A DNA stretch of 64,000 bases, taken from positions 23,932,001 through 23,996,000 of the forward strand of contig NC_086121.1 of NCBI RefSeq assembly GCF_963921235.1. Reading direction: 5' to 3'. Below the pieces are notes generated by a model, which saw nothing but the letters and a program-made list of their open reading frames with translations, did not search any database and had not been told where the DNA came from. The first letter of the stretch is position 1. Every line of letters begins with the position of its first letter. This DNA is from Mobula hypostoma (Eukaryota). This document shows, in pieces, positions 23,750-37,396 of this stretch. The position numbers and the translations under genes are program-made.

Positions 23750-25620
23750 TGTGTTGGATGGCAAGTAAGACTGAAATGCAGAGTGCTAAGACCTTCACAC
23801 CCAACTATCCTGCTGGTGAATGTGCAGTGTCTGGAAAACAAAATGGAAGACCTCTGAGCAAGATTGCAGTACTGGAGGGACAGCAGCAACTGCTGTGTTC
23901 TTTGCTTCATGGAAACCTGGCTCACCCCTACCTAGGACACAGACTGCAGCCTGAGGATTTCACCATCCACCGCAAAGACAGGACAGTGGAGTCTTCAAAG
24001 ATAAAGGGAGCAGTTTCATGATTAACCAATCATGGCGCACAGATGAGGCAGTTCTGTCTCAGTCCTGCTCACCTGATCTGAAACATCAGGTGGTCAAGTA
24101 TCATCCATTTTATCTGCCGTGGGAGTTTTCCACCGTCATCCTGGTCGTGTTGTGCATTATACTCCTGGCCAACGTCAGGCAGGCACCGGATTTGCTGAGC
24201 ACCATGATCATCAGTCAAAAAATAGCACACCCTGATGCCTTCCTGATCATTGTGGGTGATTTATAACCACAGCAGCTCGAAGTCTCTGACCAACTACCAC
24301 CAATATGTCACCTGTGGAACCAGAAGAGCCAACGCACTTGACCACTGTTACACTATCATCAAGAGCACTTATGGTGTCATGCCACGTGTGCACTTTGGCA
24401 CGTCCAATCACTTGGCTGTTCTTCTACTCTCAGTGTACGGGCAGAGACTGAGGACTGCAGCACCGGTGGTAAGGACCATGAAGGTATGGTCAGGGGAGGT
24501 GAGGCAGAAGAGTGCTTATAGGACTGTTTTGAATGGGTGGAGTGGATAATATTCAGGGATTCATCTTTGAATCCGAGTGAATATGCCACAGTTGTCACTG
24601 ATGTAATCAAGATATGTGTACTGCACATAGCCAAAGCAAAAGCTGTGGATGAATCAGGAAATTTGCAGACTGTTGAGTTCCAGATCTGTGGCATTCAAGA
24701 ACGGTGATACAGAACTATACAAGAAATCCAGGTAGAACCTACGGAAGGCTATTTTAAGAGCAAAAATCAATTCCAGTTGAAGTTGGAGATGGAATCAGAT
24801 GAACATCAGCTCTGACAGGGTTTTCAAGCCATTACTTCCTACAAGGCGAAACCTAACATTGTGAGTGGCTGTGATGCTTCACTCCCAGAGGAGCTCAACA
24901 CCTTTTATGCACACTTTGAAAGAGAATAAAACTGCTCCTGAGTGACCCTGTGATCTCTGTCTCAGAGGCTGATGTTAGAACATCTTCGAAGAGGGTGAAC
25001 TCTTGCAAGCGTCAGACCCCAATAGTGTACTTGGTCAGGCACTGAAAACTTGTGCCAACCAACTGGCGGGTGTGTTCAAGGACACCTTCAATTTCTCAAT
25101 TGGTAGTTCCCACCTGCATCAAAAGGCCAAAGATCATATATCAGTGCTCAAGAAGAGCAGGGTAAGCTGCCTCAACAACTGTCGCCCAGTTGCATTCACA
25201 TCTGCTGTAATGGAAGTGCTTTGAAAGGTTAATCATGGCCAGGATCAACTCCTGCCTAAGCAAGGACCTGGACCTGCTGCAATTTGCCTATCGCCACAAT
25301 AGGTCTAAAGTGGATGCTATTTCACTGGTTCTTCACTAGGCCTTGGACCACCTGGACAATAGCAATACCTATGTCAGGCTGCTGCAAATTGATAACAGTT
25401 CAATGATCAACGCAGTCGTACCATCAGTACTAATCAACCAGCTCCAAAATATGGGCCTCTGTACCTCCCTCTGCAACTAGATACTTGACTTCCTCACCAG
25501 GAGACCACAGTCAGTGTGAATCAGAAATAACAATTCCTCACTGACAATCAACCCTAGTCACCTCAAGGATGCACAATTAGCCCAGTGTTCTTCTCACTCT
25601 ACACCCGTGACCATGTTCAA
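23750..25620 (+). mobile_element. Decayed Rex1/Babar-type LINE (endonuclease to RT start)
   Basis: Fragments HPDAFLIIVGD, LDHCYT, SNHLAVLL, LKTCANQLAGVF, CRPVAFTS. Confidence 0.75.
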
Positions 25621-25639
25621 ACACTCAAAAAAAAAGTCA

Positions 25640-27790
25640 ACAACACAACTGATGGTTGAGGGGTAATAACTGTTCCTGAACCTAGTGGTATGAGTCCTGA
25701 TGCTCCTATACCACCTTCCTGATGCCAGCAGCATGAAGAGAGCATGTCCTTGGTAGAGGGGGTCCCTATTGATGGATGCTGCTTTCCTGCAACTGTGTTT
25801 CATGTAGATGTGCTCAATGGTGGGAAGGGTTTTATCTGTGATGGACTGAGCCTTATCCAATAATTTTCAGAGGGTTTTCCATTCAAAGGCATGTTTCCAT
25901 ACCAGGCTGTGATGCAACCAGTCAATATACTCTCCACCACACAGCTATAGAAGTTTGTCAAAGTTTTAAATGTCATGCTTAATCTTCGCAAACTCCTAAG
26001 GAAGTAGAGGCACTGCCGTGCTTTCTTCATAATTGCCGTTACATGCTGGGCCCAGGACAGGTCCTCTGAAATAATAACACCAAGGAATTTAAAGTTGCTG
26101 ATGCTGTCCTCTGATGACAGCTGTTTTGTGGACCTCTGTTTTCCTTCTCCTGAAGTCAATAATCAGCTCCTTGGTCTTGCTGATATTGAGTAAGAAAGAG
26201 GTGGTTGTTATGGCGCTGATCAGCTGGATTTTTTAATCATCCTATATGCTGATTCTTCACCACCCTACAACAGTGGTATCATCACTGCTAGCCTTGACTA
26301 TTGCATTGGAGCTGTGCCTAGACACTCAATCAGAAGTGTAAAGCAAGTAGAGCAGTGGGCTAAGCACACAGCCTTGTGGTGCTGATGGAGATTGCAGAGG
26401 AGATGTTGTTGCTGATCTGAAGTGATGGGGGTCTGCAAGTGAGGAAATTGATCCAATCGCATAAGGAGGTATTGAGGCCAAGGTCTTGAAGCTTGTTGAT
26501 TAGTTTTGAGGGGATGTTGGTATTGAATGCTGAGCTGTAATTGATAAAGGTCCTCTTGATGTATACATCTTTGCTGTCTAGATGTTCTAGGGTTAAGTGA
26601 AGAGCCAATGAGATGGTGCCTGCTGTGGACTGTTGCTCTGGTAGGCAAATTGGAACAGCAGATCCAAGTCACTTCTCAGGCAGGAGTTGATATGTTTCAT
26701 CGGCAACCTCTCGAAACACTTCATCACTGTCAATGTTAGTGCTACTGGATGATAGTCATTGAGGCAGGTCACCATGTTCTTGGGCACTGCTATAATTGAA
26801 GCTTGCTTTAAGCAGGTAGGTGCGAAAGCAAGAAGTTAAAGATCTCAATGAACATTCCATCCAGCTGATCAGCACGGGTTTTGGCCAGGTACCCCATCTG
26901 GGCTGGATGGTTTCCCCTCCTGAAGGCTGCTCACGTGTTGGCCTCAGGAACTGAAATCACAGGATCATCAAGGACTGAGTGAGTTTGCGATGGTTCCTCC
27001 ATGTTTTATGGATCATAGAGATCATAGAAGGCATTGAGCTCATCTGAATGCAAAGCTCTGTTGTCGCCCATGTTGCTTGATTTAACCTTATAAGATGTGA
27101 TAATATTTGAGCCCTGCCACAACGGTCAAGAATCCTTTGTTGAGTCAAGTTTAGTTGCCACTTCACCTGTGAGAAGGTTTTCGGGTGATCATACCTAGAT
27201 CAGTTGTAACTTTCTTGGTCAGCAGATTTGAATGCCTCTGATCTGGCTCTCAGCAGATTTTGGATCTCATGGTTCATCCGAGGCTTCTGGTTGGGGAAGA
27301 TTCTGAATGATTTTGTGGGGACACACTTGTCTGCAACTGTTTTAATAAAGTCCGAGACAGCCATGGTGAATTCATTCAGATCTACAGATGAGCCTTTGAA
27401 CGTGGCTTAGCCACCGACTCGAAACAATCCGTAGATGTTCCTCTTCCTCCTGCGACCACCTCTTTATTGTCCTAACCTCTGGAACTTTGCTCCTTAGCCT
27501 CTGCCTGTATGCAGGTAGAAGGACAGCCAGGTGATTAGATTTACGAAATGTTGTCTGGGCATGGAATGGTAAGCATTCCTTATTTTAGAATGACAGTGGT
27601 TTAGTGTGTGCAACCTTTGGTGCTGCAGGTTTGGTCTGCTGGTAACAAGCCTGGTTGAAGTCTGTGATTTGAAGCTTGTCAGGATGGCCTCTCTCTTGTT
27701 TGGAGACTGCGTCATGAAGTATCTGAAGTGCTTGATTATAGTCGAGTGCTGGTGGTATGTAAACTGTGGTCAGCAAAGTCTCGAGCAAAT
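25640..27790 (-). mobile_element. Decayed Rex1/Babar-type LINE in opposite orientation
   Basis: Fragments [13 protein letters not shown]...MKCFERL, FINYSSAFNT, FKFLGV.ISEDLSW, RLYFLR-like, RFRNSYYP. Confidence 0.75.
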
Positions 27791-28323
27791 TGTCTGCAGA
27801 TGTACCGTGGAGAGCATGCTAACTGGAGGGGCTGCTGCACAGGGTTGGAGAAAGCTGCACCGTGGACGCTAGCCTCTTCAGCATCGAGGCCTTCTTCAAA
27901 AGGCAGCACTTCAAAAAAGCAGCATCCATCATTAAGAACTTCCATCACCCAGGACATGTCTTCATCTTATTTCTACCATCAATGAGGAGGTACAGTTGCA
28001 TGAAGACACACTCAAAGTTTTAGGAACAGCTTCTTCTTCTCCGCCATTCAGATTTCTGAATGGACAATGAATCCATGTACACTACCTCACTTTTTGCTCT
28101 TTTATTTGCAGTAATTTAATTATAGTTATTTTTGTAATTTATTATGTATTGCACTGCTGCTGCAAAACAAACTTCATGACTTATACCAGTGATATTAAAT
28201 CTAATTTTGAGGTAATGGTTTGCTGCCTGTCTGAGCCAGTCATGTACTTTATACCTTTGATATTCTTGCCACACTGTCTTTTCAGTTTGAGAATTGCACA
28301 GTAATTAATTCAGAGCTTATTGA

Positions 28324-28482
<159 letters not shown>

Positions 28483-28784
28483 TAAATTTAACTGTGGCAA
28501 AAGACTTTCAAGAATCAAAATTCATTTCTGGTATTGTTAGGACACTCCATTCAGCCTTTTCCTGTTTATCTTGAAGCTCATCTGCCATAAATTTGCCCCC
28601 AAACCCCTTCTGGTCTTGCACCCTTATCTTCTGCTGCAGTCCTACAGCCATCTTAGATATCTAGGCCTCCTTAATTCAGGTTGCGAAAGGAATTGGTCTC
28701 TTCCTGGGCACTAACTTCTGATATCTTCCCCAAAATAGTCATGCTCTCAACCTTTCTTCCTTTAAGAAATCCTTGTAACGAAGC

Positions 28785-29488
28785 TTCTCGCCATTTGTGG
28801 TATTATCACCTCAGGTAATTTGGTTTCACTTTTTGATAATCACTCCATTGAAGCACCTCAGGATAGTTCCCTTCATCCTGCTGTCACGTGTATTTTTGTT
28901 GTGATGTGTGCTAGGGCAGCAGTCTTTACTGATCACACCACCAAGAAATGCCCAGAGCAGATGTTGATGTAGATGTTTCTGTTCCTGGTCAAAGGCTGAA
29001 TACAGTTTGTTCTGATTAGTATTTATTTTCTGTGATCGAACAACATCTTTGCTGTAGAGAAAGATGCACTCTTCTGGACTCTTTTTGGTTATTCCTCTAC
29101 GTTCATTTCTGTGCTTTTGTCTGTAGTCTCTCCCGCCAATCATATGCAGTGAAAGGTGTGTGTAAATAGTTTAGGTACGTATGGTGGAATGAAGGTAGAG
29201 GAGTAACCAAAATGAGTCCAAGAGAGTGCATCTTTTCTCTACACCAAAGAAGTGGTCCAACCACAAAATAAATAGGACACACGTGAGTTCAGCCTTTGAC
29301 CAGAAACAGAAACATCCGCTCTGGCCATTTCTTGGTGGTGTGATCAGTAAAGACTGCTGCCCTAGCACACATGACAACAAAAACACACGTGACAGCAGGC
29401 TGAAGGGAACTATCCTGAGGCGCTTTAATGGAGTGATAGCAAAAAGTGATACTAAATTACCTGAGGTTAATACCTCAAATGGGGAGAA
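28785..29488. repeat. Long imperfect inverted duplication (about 300-320-bp arms, about 80-nt spacer) in DDOST intron 10
   Basis: 28785-29107 is the reverse complement of 29187-29488, e.g. TGTGTGCTAGGGCAGCAGTCTTTACTGATCACACCACCAAGAAATG is exact. The ORF track shows matching peptides on opposite strands. Confidence 0.92.
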
Positions 29489-29972
29489 TCATCTTTGCAT
29501 GCATTTCTTACCTTTTCATTGTGTGAATGGCAAGAAAAGTAAAAGTTAGTCAATTTCCTCTCAGGGATATATTTTTGCATTTATTTTAAAAAGCTGAAAC
29601 ATGCAACTCATTCAACCAGTTGCAATTGTTGCCGTGTTAGAAGAGTGTAAGTGCTTAGCTTTTCATTCTTTTCTTTACTTCACAGATTACTTCCCACTTA
29701 ATCTGATCACAAAACTGGTTTTTGAGGATCTCTTTGAAAGATATCCAAATGTTGCCCTACTCGATTGAAACTTGGCCAAGTGACAATAAATAAAATTCTT
29801 TGTAGGGAAGGTTCATATTGATTTGAGATTACCGATACTAAAATAGAATTTAAAAAAAAGCTAGTTGAGTTGGCTCATTTTCACCCCCACAAACCCTGCC
29901 TCTGTAAAGTTGCTAACACAATAGTAGCTGTGTTACTGTGAATCTCACCAAATCTGTTTCTTTTTGTTCAAG

Positions 29973-30122
29973 GTATCTGTTCGTCCTCTTCAGCACACAC
30001 AGTACGAACGTTTCATTCCCTCTGCCTATCCATACTACGCCAGCACCTTCTCCATGATGGTTGGCCTCTTCTTGTTCTCGGTGGTCTTCTTGCACATGAG
30101 AGAGAAAGAGAAGGCGGAGTGA
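29973..30122 (+). CDS. DDOST: DDOST exon 11 (TM helix and KxKxx ER-retrieval tail)
   Basis: [49 protein letters not shown]. The exons sum to 1344 nt = 447 aa. Confidence 0.95.
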   Translation, partial: VSVRPLQHTQYERFIPSAYPYYASTFSMMVGLFLFSVVFLHMREKEKAE

Positions 30123-30748
30123 GGGATTGGAGAGCGTTCTCTATTCTGGGTATCTCCAGTGCTGAGAGCTTTAAGTTGGTTTAAATTGGTGAGGGATGAT
30201 TGCAAATTCTAGCCTTTCTGGAGCTTATGCCACCTCAGGAGCAACTAAACTACAAATCCCATTTATTGTGATCCCTCCGTTGATCAGAGGTTACCATGTG
30301 CTGCAGATTGCAGAAAGTGGGTGTATCAATTTGAGTGTTGATTTCTTTTGCACTGTAGAATAAATAACTTCGTTTTTAAAAAAAAAACTGCCAGAAGTGT
30401 CGGAGTCATTTTCCATTAAGAGACTAAAACCCTTGGTTAAAAATAATGGAGGAAACTGAAGAACTTCTGTTTCTTCAGCAGTTGCATTCAAAGTTCCAGA
30501 AACATAAGAACAACAAAATCTGCCAAGTTTTCCGACAGGCGAACTCCAGTTCAATTGGAAGATCTGAGTTAATAGAACCACTTGTGGTCTCTTTGGCGGG
30601 ATCATATCATTTAGCAAAAGAGATTAAAATAAGTGAGCAAAATTTTATTTTCAGATCAAATTATGTTTTTTAAGAAAAATTCTCCCCAGCACTTAATTCT
30701 TGCACCTACATTGATGTAACTTCTCGATTTATGTTTCTTATCATTGGA

Positions 30749-30754
30749 AATAAA
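30749..30754 (+). terminator. Candidate DDOST polyadenylation signal
   Basis: AATAAA followed by a U/GU-rich downstream tract. An alternative AATAAA lies at 30359. Confidence 0.5.
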
Positions 30755-31379
30755 GTGAAACATTCCATTGATTGATGTTTTTGATTCTTTTAACATTAAA
30801 GCTGTTTGTAGTTAGGTTCATGTGTAAATCTAGTTTTACACTCTGGTTGGGGATCTGAGTCTTTCTTATTCATTGCTAAATGTGGAATTGATGGGTGATG
30901 GTATTTGTTTTCATTTGTATTGTTCTTACTGTATATCTTTGAAGTATACTGTATATCTAAAGTGTAAGCAAACACCATGAAAGACACTAAGACAGTGGAT
31001 TACTGGCGGACAGCAGGAGAGGTGCATAGTCACAGCAGGAGTGAGGACTGGGCCTCAATCCTTGGTGTCCGCTGTTTACAACCACCCTGGAGAAAGGCTG
31101 TGTGGTGCGGCATCCAAGCTGGAGTCAGTTGATGTTTGCTCAGCAGAAGACAAGCCGTATTGTTTGACTACAGACTGCTGCAACATTCATGGCCTTGGGG
31201 ATTTGGACTATTATTTTGTGTGTGTGACTGTATTTTACTGCTACCCTTATATGCGCTGTGTATGACAGTTTCTTTTGGCTGTATTCATGTATGGTTGAAT
31301 GACAATCGAACTTGAACTAAAAACCCAATAAATTTTAAGAGTGGTCCAAGTTGAAGCCAATTGCGGGAACTTTAGAATG

Positions 31380-31806
31380 CTTAAAAAAAAACCGTAGGCT
31401 TATTTGTGGCGTGGTAGGCTACTTAAATCACCATTATTAGGCCGTATAAATATCGAATTATAGGGAAGCCCCGCAAAGTGTGTTTGGGATGTGATTATCC
31501 AATGAAGCACGTTTCTGTCCTGTACCTCACCATGATGGCGTGTCATTGTGACATTGAGTGTATGTCGTAAGCGCCAGTTTGCGGCGGTGTGGAGTTTTTC
31601 CGACCGTTTTGCGACAGTCACGCAAACTGCGGCGGCGCGGTCAGACAGCGCGGTGTTGGAGTGTGCTGGGGATCTGGGAAGGTGCGATCCAAGCCTCGTT
31701 TTCTGGCCGAGTTTCGGTTTCAGGCCTCGGCTGTCGGTTCGGTGCTGGGCCTCGCTGCGGAGAGCGGATCGGGCGCCGTGTCTCGGTGCTGCTGCCGGCT
31801 GTCGCC
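31380..31806 (+). promoter_or_regulatory. DDI2 CpG-island promoter/5'UTR
   Basis: High CpG density, CCAAT at about 31499, leading to a GCCATG start. Confidence 0.6.
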
Positions 31807-31944
31807 ATGTTACTCACCGTATACTGTGTGCGGCGCGACCTGAGTGAGATCACCTTCACCCTGCAGGTGGACGGCAGCCTGGAGCTGGAGACCTTCCGGG
31901 CGCTCTGTGAAATGGAGAGTAACGTTCCCGCTGCCGAGAGCCAG
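31807..31944 (+). CDS. DDI2: DNA damage-inducible 1 homolog 2, exon 1 (UBL)
   Basis: [46 protein letters not shown]. Donor CAG|GTGAGA. Confidence 0.95.
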
Positions 31945-34900
31945 GTGAGAGCAGGGGAGGCCTTCACAAACTGGAAGACCCAGGCAATCCCATATCCTGT
32001 TTGCCACACCCGGCTACTTATCCCGTTGAAGAGTCCCGGCCCGAAAGACTGAATGTTTATTCCTGACCAGCTGAGTTCCTCCAGTTTTTAATGGGTTGGT
32101 CTGGATTTCCAGCATCTGCAGAATCTCTTTGTGCTAATGATTTGCGGCTATACATCCTTCCTGACACCCTACTGAACGATGTCTGTGATTACACCCGCCC
32201 TGACCTCATAAACACGTAGCTCCAACTCTGTAAAGAACGATATCTATAAGCAAATGAATATATATCGGTAGGGATAACACAAATTGAACCCGTCTAAGTA
32301 TCTGGACAGTTATGTAATAGAGTTGCGGAGCTATAAACTGCAGTATAAACTCCGATTCTGCTTTAGTTTCAAATGATGTGTCCGTTTTGACCCGCAGGGT
32401 GTATCTTGGCGCCCACTGCTGTGTAAATACTAATACACTTCCGCTATATAGTAATTATATTTAATACAACTCAGTTACTTAAAACCATTTTATGGGACAT
32501 CTTTATATACGCATATGAGTGCAGAGGAGTGTGTGTTGATAGATAAACTCTATGTAGTAGTTGTAAGTACATCTACATTCACGAATACATATCCAGAAAC
32601 CCAGATACACTGTACACAGCAGTGCTATATATACAACAGGTTTGCTATTTCTGGCTGTAATATTGGCAACATTACTCTTGCAGCCGCCACACGCTCCCTG
32701 CAGCAACATCCAATAGCTATCAGCTACAGACCGAGATACCACTGCACCTGTTTCTGCACATCCTGCATGGTGCATTTTGAAACAACAAAATGAAAGAAAA
32801 CCATTCTGACTCTTAATTGACCTGAGGTTTCACTGACTAATATAGCCTGCATGTGAAATAAGAGCATGTAGTATAGGCTGTTTGGTAAGATCTTGGCTAA
32901 TTTGAACCTTGGCCTCAGCTCCACTTCGTCACCATAATCCCCGATTCCCTTTTCCACCAAAAGTCTTATCTTGAATACAGTAAATGACCTGGTCTCCAAA
33001 TTCCCCCGGAGTAGAAAATTCCAAAGAACCACAGTCTTCAAAGGGAAGAAAGTCCCCTGTTATATCATTTATTAAATTATTTAATAACACATAAAAAAGG
33101 AAATTATTTATTTGAAACTGTGCCCCCTACTGGTGGATTCTCCCACAAGCAGAAACATAGTTTCAACATCATCTCTTAAATCATTACACATTTCCACCTT
33201 TTATGACGGGGACGTAAGGTTAGACTTTGAAAGGTGGTGGGGGGGCGCGGAGGTGAACACTTGTTAATTGATGTTGATCCAACTGGAAGAGATGTAAGTA
33301 GAAGGGGGACTGGGGTGGTGGGATTAGTCAAGGGCCAGTTAGATCCAAATTGGAATGGCTGTTCTAGTTTAACGTTCCAGTTTAATCTAAAATTGCTGAA
33401 TTCCATATTATGTCCTGATTGCTATAACTTTCCCATAGGTTTATTTCAGTAAGATCAGCTCTCATTCTAAATGAAGCATAACTACTGGAATATTTCTTTG
33501 GAAGATACCCATCTCATCTCAGGAATCAACCTTAACTGAATTGTCACTGTTCCACATATATTCCTTCTTTATCAGTAGTCCAAAACTGCACAGTAAACTA
33601 CAGCATCATCAGCATCTCGTATTAAGCAGGAGCTCAGTCCTCTTTCATTAAAGGTCGACATCGTGTTTGTCTTCCTAATTACTAGTATATCGAACTCTAA
33701 ATTTATGTTTTATGAACAAGGACACCCAGAGTGCTTCTACAGCCAGTATTCTGTAGTTTCTATTTAAACAATACTCTGCTTTTCTAACTTTAAAGTGAAT
33801 ACCTCATGTTTTCCTACTTTACATGACATCTGCCAGGTTTTTTGCCCACTCATTCAGCCAAACTATGTAGTTTTGCAGAGACAATGTATTCTCACAACCC
33901 TTAAGGAGTAGGTGCAGGATTGATGTTTATTCTGGCAGGGGTGTCCAGATAACAAACAACGGGAGTCATTTGCACTTTGGAGGTAGATTAGATTGAACTT
34001 TATTGTCATTTTGCTGAGTACAGATACAAAGCCAATGAAGTGCGTTTAGCATCTGACCAGAAATGCGAAGAATAGTGTTATTTATAAAATAACTACGAAT
34101 AAAAAAAGTGCTACAGCACACAAATATAAAAGTACTGAGACAGTAAAATACGGATGCAATACCGCTTAGTGCTGTGATGAGAGATTCAGCAGTGTCACGT
34201 GAACCTTAACTGAAGCATCTGCAAAACATAAATTAGATCAGGAGTCCAGAACGCTACACAGTGCTCTGTGCATGACATGGTCTTGTCAACATCCAGTACA
34301 ACTTGCATTGAGGGGTTAGGGGGTTAGTGGAGGAACATGATACTGGATTAAAACTTCACCTGTAATCTCATTGAATGTAGACAGGCTGAGGACCTGAATA
34401 ACCTGTTATTTCTTGTCCTTATATTTTATCACATTGTCAGCAAATTTGGTTATGGTACACTGAGCCCATTCATCTCCATTATTAATATGTGTGGTAAATA
34501 GTTGAAGTTTCACTGAACCATGTGATACCACCTTAATTACATATTTTTCTAATGAAAATGACCCATTAATCCGGACTATTTTCTATTATTTAGCTAATCC
34601 TTTCTTCATGCTAATATATTGTATATCCCCAATAACATGCCCACTTCGAGTTATGAATACTCTTTTCCTCAGTACTTTCTTGGCTGATACCATTCCTCAT
34701 GTGTGTCCTAGCCCTATTATCCCTCACAAATGCACATTTATCAGGATTCCATTTGTCATTTCTCTTCTCATCTTAACAACTTAGATTTTGGGGATTTATT
34801 TCTCTTTGAAGCCTCTATGATATCCGGTTCTAATGTGGTAAAATTTAGTAAATTATACATATAACTGCGGGAGATTCTTTAGTATGCACAGCGAATTCCT

Positions 34901-35019
34901 GAAACTTAGCATATTCCAAATTAAAACACAGGTTAAAATAAATTGTTGACTTAAGAATTAGAATGCCTAGTTAAAAAGTTTCATCAGGGTAATGCCATTC
35001 TACACTTTATAGTGCAGCT

Positions 35020-35700
35020 TTCATAGAACATTGAACATAGAAATCTACAGCACATTACAGGCCCTTCAGCCCACAAAGTTGTGCCGACCATGCAACCTAC
35101 TCTAGAAACTGTCTAGAATTTCCCTAGTGCATAGCCCTCTATTTTTCTAAGCTCCATGTATCTAAGAGACTCTTAAAAGACCCCATTGTATCTGCTTCCA
35201 CCACTGCCACTGACAATGCATTCCACGCACTCACCACTCTCTGTGTGGAAAAACTTACCCCTGACATCCCCTTGGTACCTATTTCCAAGCACTTTAAAAC
35301 TATACCCCCTCGTGTTAGCCATTTCAGCCCTGGGAAAAAGCCTCTGGGTATCCACACGATCAATGCCCCTCATCATTTTATATGCCTCCACCAGGTCACC
35401 TCTCATCCTCCGTCGCTCCAAGCAGAAAAGGCCAAGTTCACTCAACTTATTCTCATAAGTTACACCTTCCAATCCAGGCATCATCCTTGTGAATCTCCTC
35501 TGCACTCTCTCTATGGTATTCACATCCTTCCTGTAGTGAGGTGACCAGAATTGAACACAGTACTCAAAATGGGATCTATCAAGATCTTATATAGCTGTGG
35601 CATTACCTCATGGCTCTTGAACTCAATCCCACGGTTAATGAATGTCAACACGCCATACGCCTTCTTAGCACTGTCAACCTTCACGGCAGCTTTGAGTGTT
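35020..35700 (-). mobile_element. CR1 LINE 3' fragment
   Basis: IERVQRRFTRMMPGL...LERRRMRGDLVEAYKMMRGIDRVD. (TTCTATG)-type tail at about 35022-35042. Confidence 0.85.
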
Positions 35701-36051
35701 TGAGATCTCTCAGAACCCCAACACTGCCAAGAGATACTCCTCCCTGTATAAAATTATATACCGTCAGACTTAATGTTCATTTGACAAGAGTATTGTTATG
35801 ACAACTTAGAGGGGATCATCTGTCCCTTTGATTCATATTGTACAAAGGAGAAGGTAGAAACTATTAAAATTACAAAAGCTTTTCCTTGAATTTCTAAATA
35901 CATTCACAGGTTTTTCTTTACCTCCAATATCCTCGTGGGTCAAAGAATGCACACTGTGGTGTAGGTAAGACTGTAGTTGACAGGTCTGAAGTGTCTGCTA
36001 ATGGCAGAATCACCAAATGTTAGTTAAATCTGAGTATTGTTTTTGTATTAG

Positions 36052-36190
36052 ATAATCTTTGCAGAGAGGCCGTTAACAGATGATCATCTGACACTGAAAG
36101 CGTATGGACTGAAAGATGGTGATGTACTGGTGTTGCGACAGTTGGACAGACCACCAGTACAGTCTAGTCTACCGCTCCCAGGTGTAACAG
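36052..36190 (+). CDS. DDI2: DDI2 exon 2 (UBL)
   Basis: IIFAERPLTDDHLTLKAYGLKDGDVLVLRQ... Donor CAG|GTGAGA; an alternative in-frame donor follows 36181. Confidence 0.9.
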
Positions 36191-37132
36191 GTGAGAGATC
36201 CTTTAGGAACACTTCACCAGTAACTTTGCTTAATAGTGTCCTTCATTTGATTGCCCTCCTCAGATTTTATACTCCCAAAAATATATAACACAGAGAATTA
36301 TATGGGTGATTATGCTTTAAAAATAGTTTAGACGATATCAGTTGCTTCTTTACTTTGTTCCATAGATGATCACTCAGTTGCCATTAGAAGTCTTCTTGGG
36401 CTACCAATCCTTGATTAGGGAAAAGAAAACCAGGGAAGTTTCCTTCTCCAAATCACTGTAAAATATCTAAACTTGTTTGTGGATATTGGGTTGAATTCAG
36501 CTGTAGTGTAGTTCCATGTTGGAATGCCTTGTGAACATCTTTGCCAGGGCTTAAATAATAGCCATTAGATATGGCACAGTTTGTGGAAACCTGGTTTTTA
36601 GGAAGCCAGTGACTTGGAGAAACCTTCAAGCTGCTTGACAAAATCTTGAAAGTATTTAAAAGAAAATGTGTTGGAGCATTTCCCTCATTGTTCAAGTGAA
36701 GATGCAATCAACACCATGTCTGTACTAGACTTTTCTTGACCACCTAAGAGTTGTTGGAGGTCAACTTAATTACTGTGGGTTAGACATTTTTATGGGTTGG
36801 GAATGGAAAGCCAGTGAGTGAAGCCTGCTGGAAAATACCACAACTGACGATTTATTGCCATGGTACAGCACACGGAGAATGATTCTGGCTGAACGATGAA
36901 GATCGTCTCAGAGGAATCCAGCTTTTAACATGCTGCATGCCTCTAGTACATTGCTTTACAAAATGCCTTTGCTATAGCTTGATCACAAGTGTTTTCTTTT
37001 GACTGTTCAAGAGGTTTTATGGATCCAATGTTTTCAATAATACGTGCTGTCTTTCAGTGCTGGGATTTGAGCCTTGGCTCAAATGGCATTGTACTTTTTA
37101 ATCTTGCTATTTCTGTCTTCTCCCTCCTCTAG

Positions 37133-37396
37133 GACTTCCCAGGATTGATTTCAGTGGCATCTCAGTGCCTAGATCACTGGGGGTCAGAAATCCAGGGTCC
37201 GGAGCAACTAACCAGCACCAACCAGTGCCAACTCCCAGTACCTCTACTGTATCTGCTCCCTCCATGACACCTTCACACAGTTTGGAAAATAATCCAGCGT
37301 TACTCCGGGACATGCTTTTGGCCAATCCACATGAGCTGTCACTGTTGAAGGAGAGGAATCCCCCATTGGCTGAGGCTCTTCTTAGTGGAGATGTTG
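37133..37396 (+). CDS. DDI2: DDI2 exon 3 (linker and HDD)
   Basis: GLPRIDFSGISVP...NPALLRDMLLANPHELSLLKERNPPLAEALLSGDV. Confidence 0.93.

Noticed and set aside
28900-28937. C/D-box snoRNA-like pattern (TGTGATG...CTGATCACA)
   Set aside because: Only about 38 nt with an imperfect C box; better explained as part of the inverted duplication.
31548-32052. N-terminally extended DDI2 and overlapping ORFs
   Set aside because: They rely on non-ATG starts in a CpG island. The conserved start is the ATG at 31807 in GCCATG context.
33119-33136. CTCF-like motif CCAGTAGGGGGCAC on the minus strand
   Set aside because: It lies in a decayed CR1 fragment, and a single motif match cannot be supported without ChIP data.
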